From Pseudomonadales bacterium (GTDB taxonomy: Bacteria > Pseudomonadota > Gammaproteobacteria > Pseudomonadales > IMCC2047): a stretch of 64,000 bases of DNA. Under the pieces are notes generated by a model. The model saw only the letters and a list, made by a program, of their open reading frames with translations. It made no database searches and had not been told where the DNA came from. Of the stretch, positions 10,685 to 20,495 are shown piece after piece; the first letter of the stretch is position 1, and each line of letters opens with the position of its first letter. The stretch covers positions 1,679 to 65,678 of the forward strand of contig JAWKZQ010000005.1 in assembly GCA_041395865.1 (NCBI GenBank), written 5' to 3'. The position numbers were made by a program, and so were the translations under genes.

Positions 10685-12595
10685 TTAATCGGCTAATATG
10701 TCAGTTTCTTTAACACCGTCGTTGAGTAATTCCGACAAGTGGATCTGCAACGGCTGGGCTGCAATCTCGCCCTGAGTCCTGTGGCCGCGCAGCTCCTGCT
10801 GGCCCTCGAAAAACAGCAGGCTGGGCGGTCCGAAGAGTCCGAAATGCTTCAGCAAGGCCTGGTGCTCTGCGGTACCCTTGGTGATGTCGGCGCGAAGAAG
10901 GGTCAATTGTTGCAGGCGTTTACTGACTTCCGGCTGAGGAAAAACCTCCTGCTCGAGAATCAGGCAGGATACGCACCAGTCAGCGTATAAATCGAGCATG
11001 GCCTTTTGACCCGGTGGCAGGGATGCAAGAGCGCTTTGCAGCTCGGCCAGGTTGTTGACGTTCTGAAACGCCAGCTCGACTACCGGTCCCTTCAACAGCT
11101 TAAAAGGCGTAAAAGGGTTGTAGTGGCCATGGCTGGCATTGAAAACCAACAGGCCGTTGAGCAGCATCAGGGCCAGGCCTGCTGCGGGTAATACCTTCCT
11201 GTGGCTGCGAAATAGCTTTAGCACACCCAGGTGTAAGGCATAACCGGTTAGCAGGCTGACCCACAGGATGACCGAGAGCAGCGGCGGGGTAATACGGTCC
11301 AGCATCCAGATCGCCAGGCCCAGCAGAAGGACTCCGAAAAAAATTTTAACCTCATGCATCCAGGGGCCGCTCCTGGGCAGTAACTGGCCGCCAAAGGTGC
11401 CAATCAATAAGAGCGGTAACCCCATGCCAAGCCCCAGCGAAAGCAGGGCTGTTCCGCCCAGTGCGGGGTCGCCAGTGCTGCTGATAAAAATAAGCGTGCC
11501 AGCCAGCGGCGCTGTTACGCAGGGAGATACGATCAGTGTTGAGATGATGCCTATGACGGCAACGCCGGCATAGGTGCCGCCGCGCTGGCCGTGGCTGATT
11601 TCGTGCAGGCGGCTTTGTAAACCGGCTGGCAGGCGCAATTCGTAGAGTCCCAGCATGGCGAGAGCAAAGGCAACGAAGAGGGCGGCAATGGTGATGATAA
11701 CGAGTGGCGACTGCAGGTGAAACTGCAGGTTGAGGCCGGCGCCGAAGTAGCCGGTCAGCGTGCCTGCCAAGGCGTAGGTGCCGGCCATTGCCAACACATA
11801 GGTGAGCGATAGGGAAAAAGCGCGAAGCCGGGTGGGTGTTTGTGATTGCCCCAGCACAATGCTGGAGACAATGGGAATCATTGGTAGCACGCAGGGTGTG
11901 AACGTGAGCGCCAGGCCGGCAAGGAAAAAGATGCCGATGATGCTGGCAATGCCTGCCGTGGACAAAATGCGGGTGAAGTCGTTTTGCCCGGCGGCGGATG
12001 GGGGTGGCGTTTGGGTTATTGCCTGTGGTGGCGTGGCGGAGAGAACCACCGTTTGGTTATAGCGTTCCAGGTACAGGGTCTGCGGTGGGTAGCAAAGCCC
12101 GGCGTCGGCGCAACCCTGATAGTTTATCTGGAGGGCGCGATTATCCCGGGTTGCCTCGAGCGGCAGCTCCAGGCTAACCTGATCATAAAAGACTTCAACA
12201 TCGCCAAAATATTCGTCATGTTTGGCTTTGCCCGGGGGGATTTCGGTTGTAACCGGTGAGTTGTCCGAAGTCGTTTTGACGGCAAAGCGGTGGCGGTACA
12301 GATAATAGCCGGGGGCTATCTGCCAATTGAGTGAAATGGTCTGTTGCCGGTCGTTTTGCGGGTTTGTCGTGATCCAGGCGTTGGCTTGAAAGGCTTCGTC
12401 AACAGGGAGAAAGTCCGGTGTTTCGCCGAGACTGCTGTTCAGTGTGTTTGAGCCGGGTGCCAAAAGGGCATTTGTGGGGTTATCTTGAACGGGGGTTGCC
12501 AGCCCGCCTGACGCCATCGCAAATTGGCTCAAAGCCAGTATAATCGTGAGGCAGTAGCACAGGTGTTTGAAAGCGCGTAGCAGCATCGGCATCAA
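10685..12595 (-). CDS. dsbD: Thiol:disulfide interchange protein DsbD
   Basis: 636 aa. Signal peptide; N-terminal periplasmic domain with a Cys pair (YQGCADAGLCYPP); central polytopic domain (FTPCVLPMIP); C-terminal thioredoxin fold (YADWCVSC). Confidence 0.9.
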   Translation of the reverse strand: MMPMLLRAFKHLCYCLTIILALSQFAMASGGLATPVQDNPTNALLAPGSNTLNSSLGETPDFLPVDEAFQANAWITTNPQNDRQQTISLNWQIAPGYYLYRHRFAVKTTSDNSPVTTEIPPGKAKHDEYFGDVEVFYDQVSLELPLEATRDNRALQINYQGCADAGLCYPPQTLYLERYNQTVVLSATPPQAITQTPPPSAAGQNDFTRILSTAGIASIIGIFFLAGLALTFTPCVLPMIPIVSSIVLGQSQTPTRLRAFSLSLTYVLAMAGTYALAGTLTGYFGAGLNLQFHLQSPLVIITIAALFVAFALAMLGLYELRLPAGLQSRLHEISHGQRGGTYAGVAVIGIISTLIVSPCVTAPLAGTLIFISSTGDPALGGTALLSLGLGMGLPLLLIGTFGGQLLPRSGPWMHEVKIFFGVLLLGLAIWMLDRITPPLLSVILWVSLLTGYALHLGVLKLFRSHRKVLPAAGLALMLLNGLLVFNASHGHYNPFTPFKLLKGPVVELAFQNVNNLAELQSALASLPPGQKAMLDLYADWCVSCLILEQEVFPQPEVSKRLQQLTLLRADITKGTAEHQALLKHFGLFGPPSLLFFEGQQELRGHRTQGEIAAQPLQIHLSELLNDGVKETDILAD

Positions 12596-12719
12596 GGTTG
12601 TGGTGTTGCAGAAAGTATGGCTATGACAGCGCGCAATATAATCGGTTCGTGATAGTTTGTCTGTGATTTAATTCTTTTTCCTGCACTTTGTTGAATTTTA
12701 GTGCTTTTTGGAGGTGAAG

Positions 12720-13184
12720 ATGAGCTATAGACATAACGGTTGTTCGTTGCTGTTACTGTTGTGCGTGCTGTTGCCCGTGACGACAAATGCGGGCGAACTG
12801 GTTGTGAGCCAGGGCTATGTCCGGGCAACGCCGCCCGGCGTCTCAAGTTCGGCGGCCTATTTGACACTGCTCAACGAATCAGGCAAACGACGCGTGCTAG
12901 TGGCGGTGACATCGGATCGTGCCAAGCAGGTGATGATGCATCAAAACCAATGGCAGGGTGATATGATGCAGATGCGACATGTGTCGCAGTTGGAAATTGC
13001 GCCCGGAGCGCATTTTGATTTTGAGCCCGGCGGGTATCACCTGATGCTAACCGGGTTGGCTCAACCCCTGGTTGCGGGAGAGCGGGTTTTACTTAAATTT
13101 GCCTTTCAGCGGGGCGATACCTACGAGGTGAGTTTGCCAGTGCTGGACGTTGGTGCTGCAATGGATATGAAAGGTCAACATTAA
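12720..13184 (+). CDS. Periplasmic copper chaperone PCu(A)C (DUF461)
   Basis: Signal peptide and Met/His-rich copper motif region (VMMHQNQWQGDMMQMRHV). ATG at 12720 is preceded by GGAGG; the ORF track starts at TTG 12708. Confidence 0.75.
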   Translation: MSYRHNGCSLLLLLCVLLPVTTNAGELVVSQGYVRATPPGVSSSAAYLTLLNESGKRRVLVAVTSDRAKQVMMHQNQWQGDMMQMRHVSQLEIAPGAHFDFEPGGYHLMLTGLAQPLVAGERVLLKFAFQRGDTYEVSLPVLDVGAAMDMKGQH

Positions 13185-13203
13185 TAATGGAGTCAGGTAA
13201 ATA

Positions 13204-14181
13204 ATGCGGTTAATAACGGGAGCAGTGATAGGGTTAGTGGTGCTTGTCTTTGCGGGTGTTGCGCTCTATTGGAGTGATGAGCCTGACCGGTTTGATGTGC
13301 GGGAGCGGGCGCGAGCCAACGCAGAGGCAAATGGTGAACAGGTTGTCGTGGGGTATACCACCACCAATACGCTGATTGAGGTGGCCTCCACGTTACTGGA
13401 AAAAAAGGGCGGGTATATCTCCAATGACATCATGCCGCCCGGGGTCATGCTGGACAATATTTCCAACTGGGAGTTTGGCGTACTGGTTCAGGTGCGCGAT
13501 CTGGCGCGGGCATTGCGTAAGGATTTTAGCCGTTCGCAATCCCAGTCCCGTGAAGATCCGGATTTGGCGCTTGCCGAGCCGGAGCTGCACTTTGATAGCC
13601 AGAGCTGGATGTTCCCGTCCTCCGAGCACGAATATGAAACCGGGCTGGCTTCCCTGCGCCGTTATCAGGAGCGGCTGGCGGATTCGGCATCCGGTGACGC
13701 GCAGTTTTACGCCCGTGCCGATAACCTGCGCAATTGGTTTGCTGATATCGAAACCCGCCTTGGCAGCTTATCCCAGCGTTTGAGCGCCAGTGTCGGTTCG
13801 CGTCGCCTGAATACCGATCTTGCCGGCGATAGTGTGGCAGAACAGTCTACGCCAACGGGCGAGGAGTTAACGGTTAAAACGCCCTGGAGTGAAATTGACG
13901 ATGTGTTCTACGAGGCACGCGGAACTACTTGGGCCCTGTTGCATATGTTGAAAGCGGTGGAGGTCGACTTTGCCCAGACGCTGCAGCGCAAGAATGCGCT
14001 GGTGAGCTTGCGTCAAATTATCCGGGAGCTGGAAGGCACCCAACAGGATCTGAGCAGCCCGGTTATCCTGAACGGCAGCGGTTTCGGGCTTTTTGCCAAC
14101 CATTCGTTGGTGATGGCATCCTATATCGCCCGTGCAAATGCGGCGATGATTGATCTACGCGAGTTGTTGGCGCAGGGCTAG
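13204..14181 (+). CDS. DUF2333-family protein (N-terminal membrane anchor)
   Basis: 325 aa. One N-terminal TM helix. The sequence pattern recalls the conserved hypothetical DUF2333 family; function unknown. Confidence 0.5.
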   Translation: MRLITGAVIGLVVLVFAGVALYWSDEPDRFDVRERARANAEANGEQVVVGYTTTNTLIEVASTLLEKKGGYISNDIMPPGVMLDNISNWEFGVLVQVRDLARALRKDFSRSQSQSREDPDLALAEPELHFDSQSWMFPSSEHEYETGLASLRRYQERLADSASGDAQFYARADNLRNWFADIETRLGSLSQRLSASVGSRRLNTDLAGDSVAEQSTPTGEELTVKTPWSEIDDVFYEARGTTWALLHMLKAVEVDFAQTLQRKNALVSLRQIIRELEGTQQDLSSPVILNGSGFGLFANHSLVMASYIARANAAMIDLRELLAQG

Positions 14182-14199
14182 AGCACCTTAGACCAGAAT

Positions 14200-14230
14200 A
14201 AAAAAGGGCTGCGGTTGCAGCCCTTTTTTT
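14200..14230. terminator. Bidirectional intrinsic terminator between the DUF2333 gene and ppa
   Basis: AAAAAAGGGCTGC-GGTT-GCAGCCCTTTTTTT: a GC-rich 8-bp stem flanked by an A-run and a T-run, sitting between convergent genes. Confidence 0.85.
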
Positions 14231-14263
14231 GTGCTCAGCATAGCGAGTTAACGCAAAGCGGCA

Positions 14264-14791
14264 TTAACCTTTGTAGGCGGCAACACCGTCTTCAATGGCT
14301 TTACGCGCGGCGGCTGCATCGGCCCAACCGTCAACCTTAACCCACTTGCCTTCTTCCAGCGTTTTGTAGTTCTCGAAGAAGTGAGTGATCTGGTCAACCA
14401 GCAGTTTCGGCAGGTCGCTGATTTCCTGAACGTGCTTGTACTCTTTGCTCAGCTTGTCGTGAGGTACGGCAACCAGCTTGGCATCTTCGCCTGCTTCGTC
14501 GCTCATGTTCAGGATGCCGATGGGGCGGCAGCGAATAACGGAACCTGTTACAACCGGGTATGGCGCAACAACCAGAACGTCCAGAGGGTCGCCGTCGTCA
14601 GCCAGTGTGTTGTTGATGTAGCCGTAGTTGGCTGGGTAGAACATAGGGGCCGTCATGAAACGGTCAACGAAAACGGCATCGTAGTCTTTTTCAATTTCGT
14701 ATTTAACCGGGCTGCTTTCGGCAGGAATTTCAACGATCACGTAAATGTCGTTAGGGATTTCCTTGCCTGCTGGAACGCTGTTAAAGCTCAT
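14264..14791 (-). CDS. ppa: Inorganic pyrophosphatase (family I)
   Basis: 175 aa. Typical Ppa sequence (VIVEIPA...[12 protein letters not shown]). Confidence 0.95.
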   Translation of the reverse strand: MSFNSVPAGKEIPNDIYVIVEIPAESSPVKYEIEKDYDAVFVDRFMTAPMFYPANYGYINNTLADDGDPLDVLVVAPYPVVTGSVIRCRPIGILNMSDEAGEDAKLVAVPHDKLSKEYKHVQEISDLPKLLVDQITHFFENYKTLEEGKWVKVDGWADAAAARKAIEDGVAAYKG

Positions 14792-14860
14792 GATGATTTT
14801 CCTGATAATGGGTTGAGAATAGCATTGAGGTCATCCGAGGGTTGCCACGAATGACCGCAG

Positions 14861-14899
14861 AAAATTTGTGGCCGCGCATTATAAGACCTTGCGCGGCCA
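14861..14899 (-). terminator. Hairpin downstream of the phosphofructokinase gene (putative terminator)
   Basis: Perfect 10-bp inverted repeat TGGCCGCGCA (14869-14878) / TGCGCGGCCA (14890-14899) with an 11-nt loop. On the minus strand it is followed by CAAAUUUUCU. Confidence 0.45.
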
Positions 14900-14933
14900 A
14901 ATGCCAATTTGCCGCTGAAAACAGACGCTTGCG

Positions 14934-16196
14934 CTATTTGGACGGTTCAAAGGCGGGCAGTTTTTTCTCTGCCAGCTGGTTCTTCAGTTTTACGTACTGC
15001 GGTAAACCGTTCTCATAGGGCGGGTAGGCTTCGCCCTGGATTAACGGTTGCAGGTAGGTGCGTGCTTCCTCGGTGATGTGGAAACCGTCTTCAGTGATAA
15101 AGCTGCGTGGCATCATTTTCTCAACGTTGGCCACCTCTGAAAGCGGAGCTTCGCCAATGTGCCAGCTGTAAGGTGCATCGGCTTCGCGTACGATAACGGG
15201 CATTACGGCGTTTTTGCCTTCAATGGCCAGTTCTACGGCAGCTTTGCCTACGGCATAAGCCTGGTCCACGTCCGTTTTGGAGCTGATGTGGCGGGCTGAG
15301 CGTTGCAGGTAGTCGGCAATGGCGTAGTGGTATTTGAGACCTAGCTCATCTTTCACCATGGTGGCCAACGTGGAGGCAACGCCACCCAGCTGGGTGTGGC
15401 CGAAGGCATCCTTGCTGCCGGCATCGGCAACAAAGGTGCCGTCTTCGTATTGGGCGCCTTCGGAGGCGACAACCACGCAGTAGCCTTTTTCGTCGACTGT
15501 TGTCTGTACGCGTTTGAGGAATTCGGCTTTATCGAAGGCAATTTCCGGAAACAGGATAATGTGCGGCGGCTCACCGGCTTTTTCGCTGGCCAGACCGCCT
15601 GCTGCGGCAATCCAGCCGGCATGACGGCCCATCACTTCAATGATGAACACCTTGGTGGAGGTTTCGTACATGGACTCGATGTCCAGGCTGGCCTCACGGG
15701 TGGAGACGGCGATGTATTTGGCGACGGAGCCAAAACCGGGACAGGTGTCGGTGATCGGCAGGTCGTTATCCACGGTTTTGGGCACGCCGATACAGGTGAT
15801 GGGGAAGCCCATCTTTTCGCTCAGTTGGGATACCTTGTAAGCCGTATCGGAGGAATCGCCGCCGCCGTTATAGAAGAAGTAGCCGATATCGTGGGCCTTG
15901 AAAACCTCTATCAGGCGCTCGTATTCGGCGCGGTGGGTTTCCATGTCTTTCAGCTTGTAGCGACAGGAGCCGAAAGCACCGCCGGGCGTGTGCAGCAGCG
16001 CGGCGATGTCGGCATCGGATTCCAGCGACGTGTCGATCAGGTTTTCGTTCAACGCACCTAAAATGCCGTTTGCGCCGGCGTAGACTGTGCCAATTTTGTC
16101 GCTGTGCTTGCGCGCTGTTTCAATGACGCCACAGGCGGTGGCGTTAATAACGGCGGTGACGCCGCCGGACTGGGCATAAAAGGCATTTTTGGGCAT
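14934..16196 (-). CDS. pfp: 6-phosphofructokinase, probably pyrophosphate-dependent (PPi-PFK)
   Basis: 420 aa PFK-family protein. Has PKTVDND, with Lys where ATP-dependent enzymes have Gly (PGTIDND), and GGGDSS in place of GGDGS. Size matches the 420-aa PPi-PFK class. Confidence 0.7.
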   Translation of the reverse strand: MPKNAFYAQSGGVTAVINATACGVIETARKHSDKIGTVYAGANGILGALNENLIDTSLESDADIAALLHTPGGAFGSCRYKLKDMETHRAEYERLIEVFKAHDIGYFFYNGGGDSSDTAYKVSQLSEKMGFPITCIGVPKTVDNDLPITDTCPGFGSVAKYIAVSTREASLDIESMYETSTKVFIIEVMGRHAGWIAAAGGLASEKAGEPPHIILFPEIAFDKAEFLKRVQTTVDEKGYCVVVASEGAQYEDGTFVADAGSKDAFGHTQLGGVASTLATMVKDELGLKYHYAIADYLQRSARHISSKTDVDQAYAVGKAAVELAIEGKNAVMPVIVREADAPYSWHIGEAPLSEVANVEKMMPRSFITEDGFHITEEARTYLQPLIQGEAYPPYENGLPQYVKLKNQLAEKKLPAFEPSK

Positions 16197-16355
16197 GGAG
16201 AATTACCTGTGATTCAAGGATTCAAAACAGCTGCGGATAATACTTGATTCTGTGGTTTTATGCATGAATCCGGGGTGTTATGGGCTAAAATTTATTGGGA
16301 TTTAGGGTTTATCCTCGTCATAATGAGCAGCGTTACTGAACAGGTTTAATGATTA

Positions 16356-17741
16356 ATGCATATTCATATTCTCGGTATTTGCGGTACGTTTATGGGCAGC
16401 CTGGCCATCCTGGCCAAGGAGTTGGGTTATCGCGTCAGCGGTTCTGACCAGAATGTTTATCCGCCCATGAGCACCCAGCTGGAGCAGGCGGGCATTGAGC
16501 TGATCCAGGGTTATGCCCCCGAACAGCTGAAAAACGGCGCTGACTTGATTGTGGTGGGAAATGCCATGTCGCGCGGCAATCCGGCGGTCGAATATATGCT
16601 CAACAACAATCTGCCTTATACTTCCGGCCCCCAGTGGCTGGCCGAGCATGTGCTGAAGGATAAGTGGGTGTTGGCGGTGGCGGGTACCCACGGTAAAACC
16701 ACGACCGCCAGTATGCTGGCCTGGATTCTGGAGTATGCAGGCATGAAACCGGGTTACCTGATCGGCGGTGTCCCTAAAAATTTCGAGGTGTCGGCCAGGT
16801 TGGGCGAAACGCCTTTCTTTGTCATTGAGGCGGATGAGTACGACACCGCCTTTTTCGATAAGCGCTCCAAGTTTGTGCATTACCGTCCGCGAACAGCCGT
16901 TCTCAATAACCTTGAGTTCGACCATGCGGATATCTTTGATGATTTGGCGGCGATTCAGCGCCAGTTCCACCACCTGGTACGCATTGTGCCGTCGCAGGGG
17001 CGGATTATCGTGCCCAAGGCCGATGGCAACCTGGGCGAGGTGCTGGCGATGGGCTGCTGGACGCCGGTGGAAACGGTTGGCGAGGATGGTGCCAACTGGC
17101 GTGCCCGACCACTCTCAGCGGGTGCGGATCGCTTCGAGGTTTGCCTCGACAATGAAACCGTCGGGGAAGTGAGCTGGATTCATGGCGGGCGGCATAATAT
17201 GAATAATGCGCTGGTCGCGATTGCTGCTGCCCGCCATGTTGGCGTCATGCCTGATCAGGCGGTTGCGGCGCTGAGTGAGTTCGGGGGTGTGAAACGGCGT
17301 ATGGAAAAGCTGGGTGAGGTGGCCGGTATCAGCCTGTATGACGACTTTGCGCATCACCCCACCGCGATTGAAACGACATTGGATGGGTTGCGTAAGCAGG
17401 CTGGGAACAAGCGTATTTTTGCAATCATCGAGCCGCGGTCCAATACCATGCGCTTGGGCGTGTACAAGGACAAGCTGGCAGCGGTTTGCCGTGATGCCGA
17501 TCAGGTGCTTTGGTACCAGCCGCCGGGTGTGGATTGGGATTTGCAAACAGTGGCAACGGCAAGCCCCGTGCCGGCTGAGGTGTACCGGACGACGGAAGCA
17601 GTCATTGAGCGGATTTGTGCCGATTGCCGTCACGGTGATCAGGTGGTGATTATGAGCAACGGTGGTTTTGAAGGCGTGCATCAACGCCTCTTAACGGCGT
17701 TGCAGCAAAAGCATGCTAATGCTGAGGCCGTCAATGGCTGA
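16356..17741 (+). CDS. mpl: UDP-N-acetylmuramate:L-alanyl-gamma-D-glutamyl-meso-diaminopimelate ligase
   Basis: 461 aa Mur ligase ([22 protein letters not shown]). The N-terminus is typical of Mpl rather than MurC. Confidence 0.88.
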   Translation: MHIHILGICGTFMGSLAILAKELGYRVSGSDQNVYPPMSTQLEQAGIELIQGYAPEQLKNGADLIVVGNAMSRGNPAVEYMLNNNLPYTSGPQWLAEHVLKDKWVLAVAGTHGKTTTASMLAWILEYAGMKPGYLIGGVPKNFEVSARLGETPFFVIEADEYDTAFFDKRSKFVHYRPRTAVLNNLEFDHADIFDDLAAIQRQFHHLVRIVPSQGRIIVPKADGNLGEVLAMGCWTPVETVGEDGANWRARPLSAGADRFEVCLDNETVGEVSWIHGGRHNMNNALVAIAAARHVGVMPDQAVAALSEFGGVKRRMEKLGEVAGISLYDDFAHHPTAIETTLDGLRKQAGNKRIFAIIEPRSNTMRLGVYKDKLAAVCRDADQVLWYQPPGVDWDLQTVATASPVPAEVYRTTEAVIERICADCRHGDQVVIMSNGGFEGVHQRLLTALQQKHANAEAVNG

Positions 17742-18345
17742 CTTGAAAGAACCCATTTCCTTGGCCCTGACGGGCGCTTCCGGCGCACAGTACGGTTTAC
17801 GGCTGCTGGAGATGCTGGTGGCGGCCAACCATCGGGTGTACCTGATGATTTCCAAAGCCGCGCAGATGGTGATTGCCACAGAAACCGATGTGGAATTGCC
17901 CAGTCACGGTAGTAAACTGGAAACGGCTTTGACCGAGCGGTATCGGGCGCAGCCCGGGCAGATTCGCGTTTTTGGAAAAGAAGAGTGGACGGCGCCGGTC
18001 GCCTCGGGTTCGAACGCGCCACGCAGTATGGTGATTTGTCCCTGTAGCACGGGGACCTTGTCGGCTGTGGCTCGCGGCGGTTGCGATAACCTGATCGAAC
18101 GGGCGGCCGATGTCATGCTGAAGGAGCGTCGCCAGTTGATCCTGGTGCCCCGTGAAGCGCCTTTTTCGACCATTCATTTACAGAATATGTTGACCCTTTC
18201 GCAAATGGGGGCTGTGATTTTGCCGGCCAGTCCCGGGTTTTACCACCAACCCAAGTCGGTCGAGGACATGATTGATTTTGTGGTAGCGCGAATCCTTGAC
18301 CAGCTGGGTGTTGAGCAGGCGCTGGCGCCTCGCTGGGGGGCGTAA
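17734..18345 (+). CDS. ubiX: Flavin prenyltransferase UbiX
   Basis: UbiX/Pad1 flavoprotein ([29 protein letters not shown]). ATG 17734 overlaps the mpl stop (ATGGCTGA); the ORF track begins at 17713. Confidence 0.88.
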   Translation: MADLKEPISLALTGASGAQYGLRLLEMLVAANHRVYLMISKAAQMVIATETDVELPSHGSKLETALTERYRAQPGQIRVFGKEEWTAPVASGSNAPRSMVICPCSTGTLSAVARGGCDNLIERAADVMLKERRQLILVPREAPFSTIHLQNMLTLSQMGAVILPASPGFYHQPKSVEDMIDFVVARILDQLGVEQALAPRWGA

Positions 18346-18355
18346 GGGGCAAGTC

Positions 18356-18931
18356 GTGCAATCAGCACCTATTTTCCCGCTTAATGCTGTTTTGTTTCCC
18401 GGCACTCGCTTGCCATTGAAAATCTTTGAGCAGCGTTACCTGGAGCTGGTAAAACAGTGCCTCAGGCAGGATGCTGAGTTTGTCGTGGTGTTGATCAGCA
18501 AGGGGCAGGAAGTGGGCGTTATACCCGAGATTTTTTCAGTTGGTACCACCGCCCGTATCGTCGATTGGAGCCAACTGGAAGGCGGGATTCTGGGAATTAC
18601 CGTCGAGGGCGTCGAACGGGTGAGCATTGCTGGCGCAGAGGGCGCTGTCGGTGAGGTGATGCAAGGCGATGTGGCGTTTTTTGATGATCAGGTGCCGCTG
18701 GAACAGACACATGATGATGAGCTGGTCGGCCTGCTTCGAAAGCTGGAACAGCACCCGCTGGTGCAATCTCAGGGGATGACAGTCGATTATGACGATCTGG
18801 TCTCGGTCATGTGGGGGCTTGCAGGCCTCTTACCCATTGAGCTTGAGAAAAAACAGCAGTTGCTGGAGGCTGATGATGCCCAACAACGCTACCAGTTATT
18901 GCATCGGATGTTGCAGTCGCTGGAGGGCTAG
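18356..18931 (+). CDS. LON substrate-binding (LON N-terminal) domain protein
   Basis: IFPLNAVLFPGTRLPLKIFEQRYLELV is the typical Lon N-domain start. GTG 18356, after AAGGGG, is preferred over 18296, which lies inside ubiX. Confidence 0.7.
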   Translation: MQSAPIFPLNAVLFPGTRLPLKIFEQRYLELVKQCLRQDAEFVVVLISKGQEVGVIPEIFSVGTTARIVDWSQLEGGILGITVEGVERVSIAGAEGAVGEVMQGDVAFFDDQVPLEQTHDDELVGLLRKLEQHPLVQSQGMTVDYDDLVSVMWGLAGLLPIELEKKQQLLEADDAQQRYQLLHRMLQSLEG

Positions 18932-20304
18932 CTCGTCACGGCTAGATAAAGGCCAATGAATAGCAGCGACACGAGCGAACATAACCAAAACCCCGGATCG
19001 GCATGAATGGCTCGGGTGTTGTAACGGCTGAAACTAACCCGCGTTGCGCCGCAGATGGCGGAGCCCAGGAAAATGCCGCCCAGGGTGCTGCTTAAGGTGA
19101 GCTGCCCAAGGTAAAGCATCGAGATGCTGACCAGTAGAATAGGTAGCAGTGCGCAGGTGTACGCCCACCATCGGTATTGGTGGCTGACTTCCTGGGCGAC
19201 GAAGGATGCCATCAAACCACTAACCAGGCTTATGCCGACAGTCGCTGTGCCGGGGAATCCCGAACCGGATGCCGACTGTAACCCCGCGCCCAGTAACTCG
19301 CCAGCGACAACGGCGGCGGCTACGTGAGTGGCTGCTGCGAAATGGCGTTTTAGTAAAAGCCAGACCACAAATATTACCGTGAAACCACGCAGGCAATTTG
19401 CCTCGCCAAGCTTTGCGCTCAGCATAAACAACTGATCCAGCCAGAGGTGGCGTATGCCGGCAAAGTAAGTCTGGGTGTAGTGGTTCCAGTAGTCGAAAAA
19501 AGCGGTGTTGCTGTTCAGTAACCATAACACGACAAATAGCAATGTGCTGAAAACCAGTAGTGCCATGGATATCAGGGGATAGGTGGTTTGGTGGCCGCGC
19601 CGTTCGGCCAGCCAGTGCCAGAACAGCCTTACGTTGTGTTGGCGATCAATCCAGGCATGGGCTGCTTTGTAAAGGCGCGAGTCGGGGTGCAGGTGCCAGT
19701 GGGTGAGGCGGATGACAATAAACGCAATGGCAATAATTCCGAGCAGTACCAGGCCGAGATTGCTGAGCCCTTCGGGGAGGCTGATACCCTGCTGGAGCGA
19801 CAGGCCAAACAGATAGCCAGGTAGAACGTACAAAGGGGCCCAGCCCAGCGCTGAAAAGAAGTTAATGCCGACAAAGCGCAGGGATGGCATGTTGAGCATG
19901 CCTGCGACCAGCGGGAGTACCGGGCGAATTGGCCCGACAAAGCGACCGATGATAATGCTTTTCCCGCCGTGCCGGTGGAAGAAAGCTTCGCCGTTATCCA
20001 GCCACTGCGGATACTTTCGAAATGGCCAGAGATCGCGGATATGGTCTTTAAGCGTTTTTCCCAGGAAGAAACTGACGCCGTCACCCAAAATGGCGCCCAG
20101 CAGCGCACAACCCAATGTGGTCCAGACACCCAGTATGCCGCTACCCGCCATCGCGCAGGCGCCAAACAGCAACAACACGCCGGGTATGACGATGCCGGCA
20201 ATGGCCAGGGATTCCAGGAAAGCAATCGCGACAATCGACAGGGCAACCCATTGCTGGTGACTGGCCAGCCAGTCAAGGAAGGGTTGTATGGGGCTTAGGT
20301 CCAT
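18928..20304 (-). CDS. DedA-family membrane protein fused to a PAP2-like (apparently degenerate) domain
   Basis: 458 aa. The N-terminal ~190 aa have DedA motifs (FLESLAIAGIVIPG, GRFVGPIRPVLPLVAG). The C-terminal polytopic half resembles PAP2. Its stop shares a palindromic CTAG with the convergent upstream gene. Confidence 0.65.
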   Translation of the reverse strand: MDLSPIQPFLDWLASHQQWVALSIVAIAFLESLAIAGIVIPGVLLLFGACAMAGSGILGVWTTLGCALLGAILGDGVSFFLGKTLKDHIRDLWPFRKYPQWLDNGEAFFHRHGGKSIIIGRFVGPIRPVLPLVAGMLNMPSLRFVGINFFSALGWAPLYVLPGYLFGLSLQQGISLPEGLSNLGLVLLGIIAIAFIVIRLTHWHLHPDSRLYKAAHAWIDRQHNVRLFWHWLAERRGHQTTYPLISMALLVFSTLLFVVLWLLNSNTAFFDYWNHYTQTYFAGIRHLWLDQLFMLSAKLGEANCLRGFTVIFVVWLLLKRHFAAATHVAAAVVAGELLGAGLQSASGSGFPGTATVGISLVSGLMASFVAQEVSHQYRWWAYTCALLPILLVSISMLYLGQLTLSSTLGGIFLGSAICGATRVSFSRYNTRAIHADPGFWLCSLVSLLFIGLYLAVTS

Positions 20305-20495
20305 TCGGTTTAACGTGCTCTGGGCCGGGTTGGCTTGTTTTCGGGAGTCGCATCATAAATCTTATTACGCTAATTATCAGCACATCCTTGGTGCGTTTCC
20401 AAGGGAGTCGTTTTGAATACAAAAAGGATTTATGATGAAGCGGAGCCTCAAGGATGAGGTTGATATCAAAATTTATCGATATTGGGGGTGTTGCA

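Noticed and set aside
12592-12867. A 91-aa minus-strand ORF spanning the dsbD / PCu(A)C divergent intergenic region.
   Set aside because: It overlaps the well-supported PCu(A)C gene start and its RBS. The translation is Pro/Ser/Arg/Thr-rich with no motif, and it would overlap dsbD.
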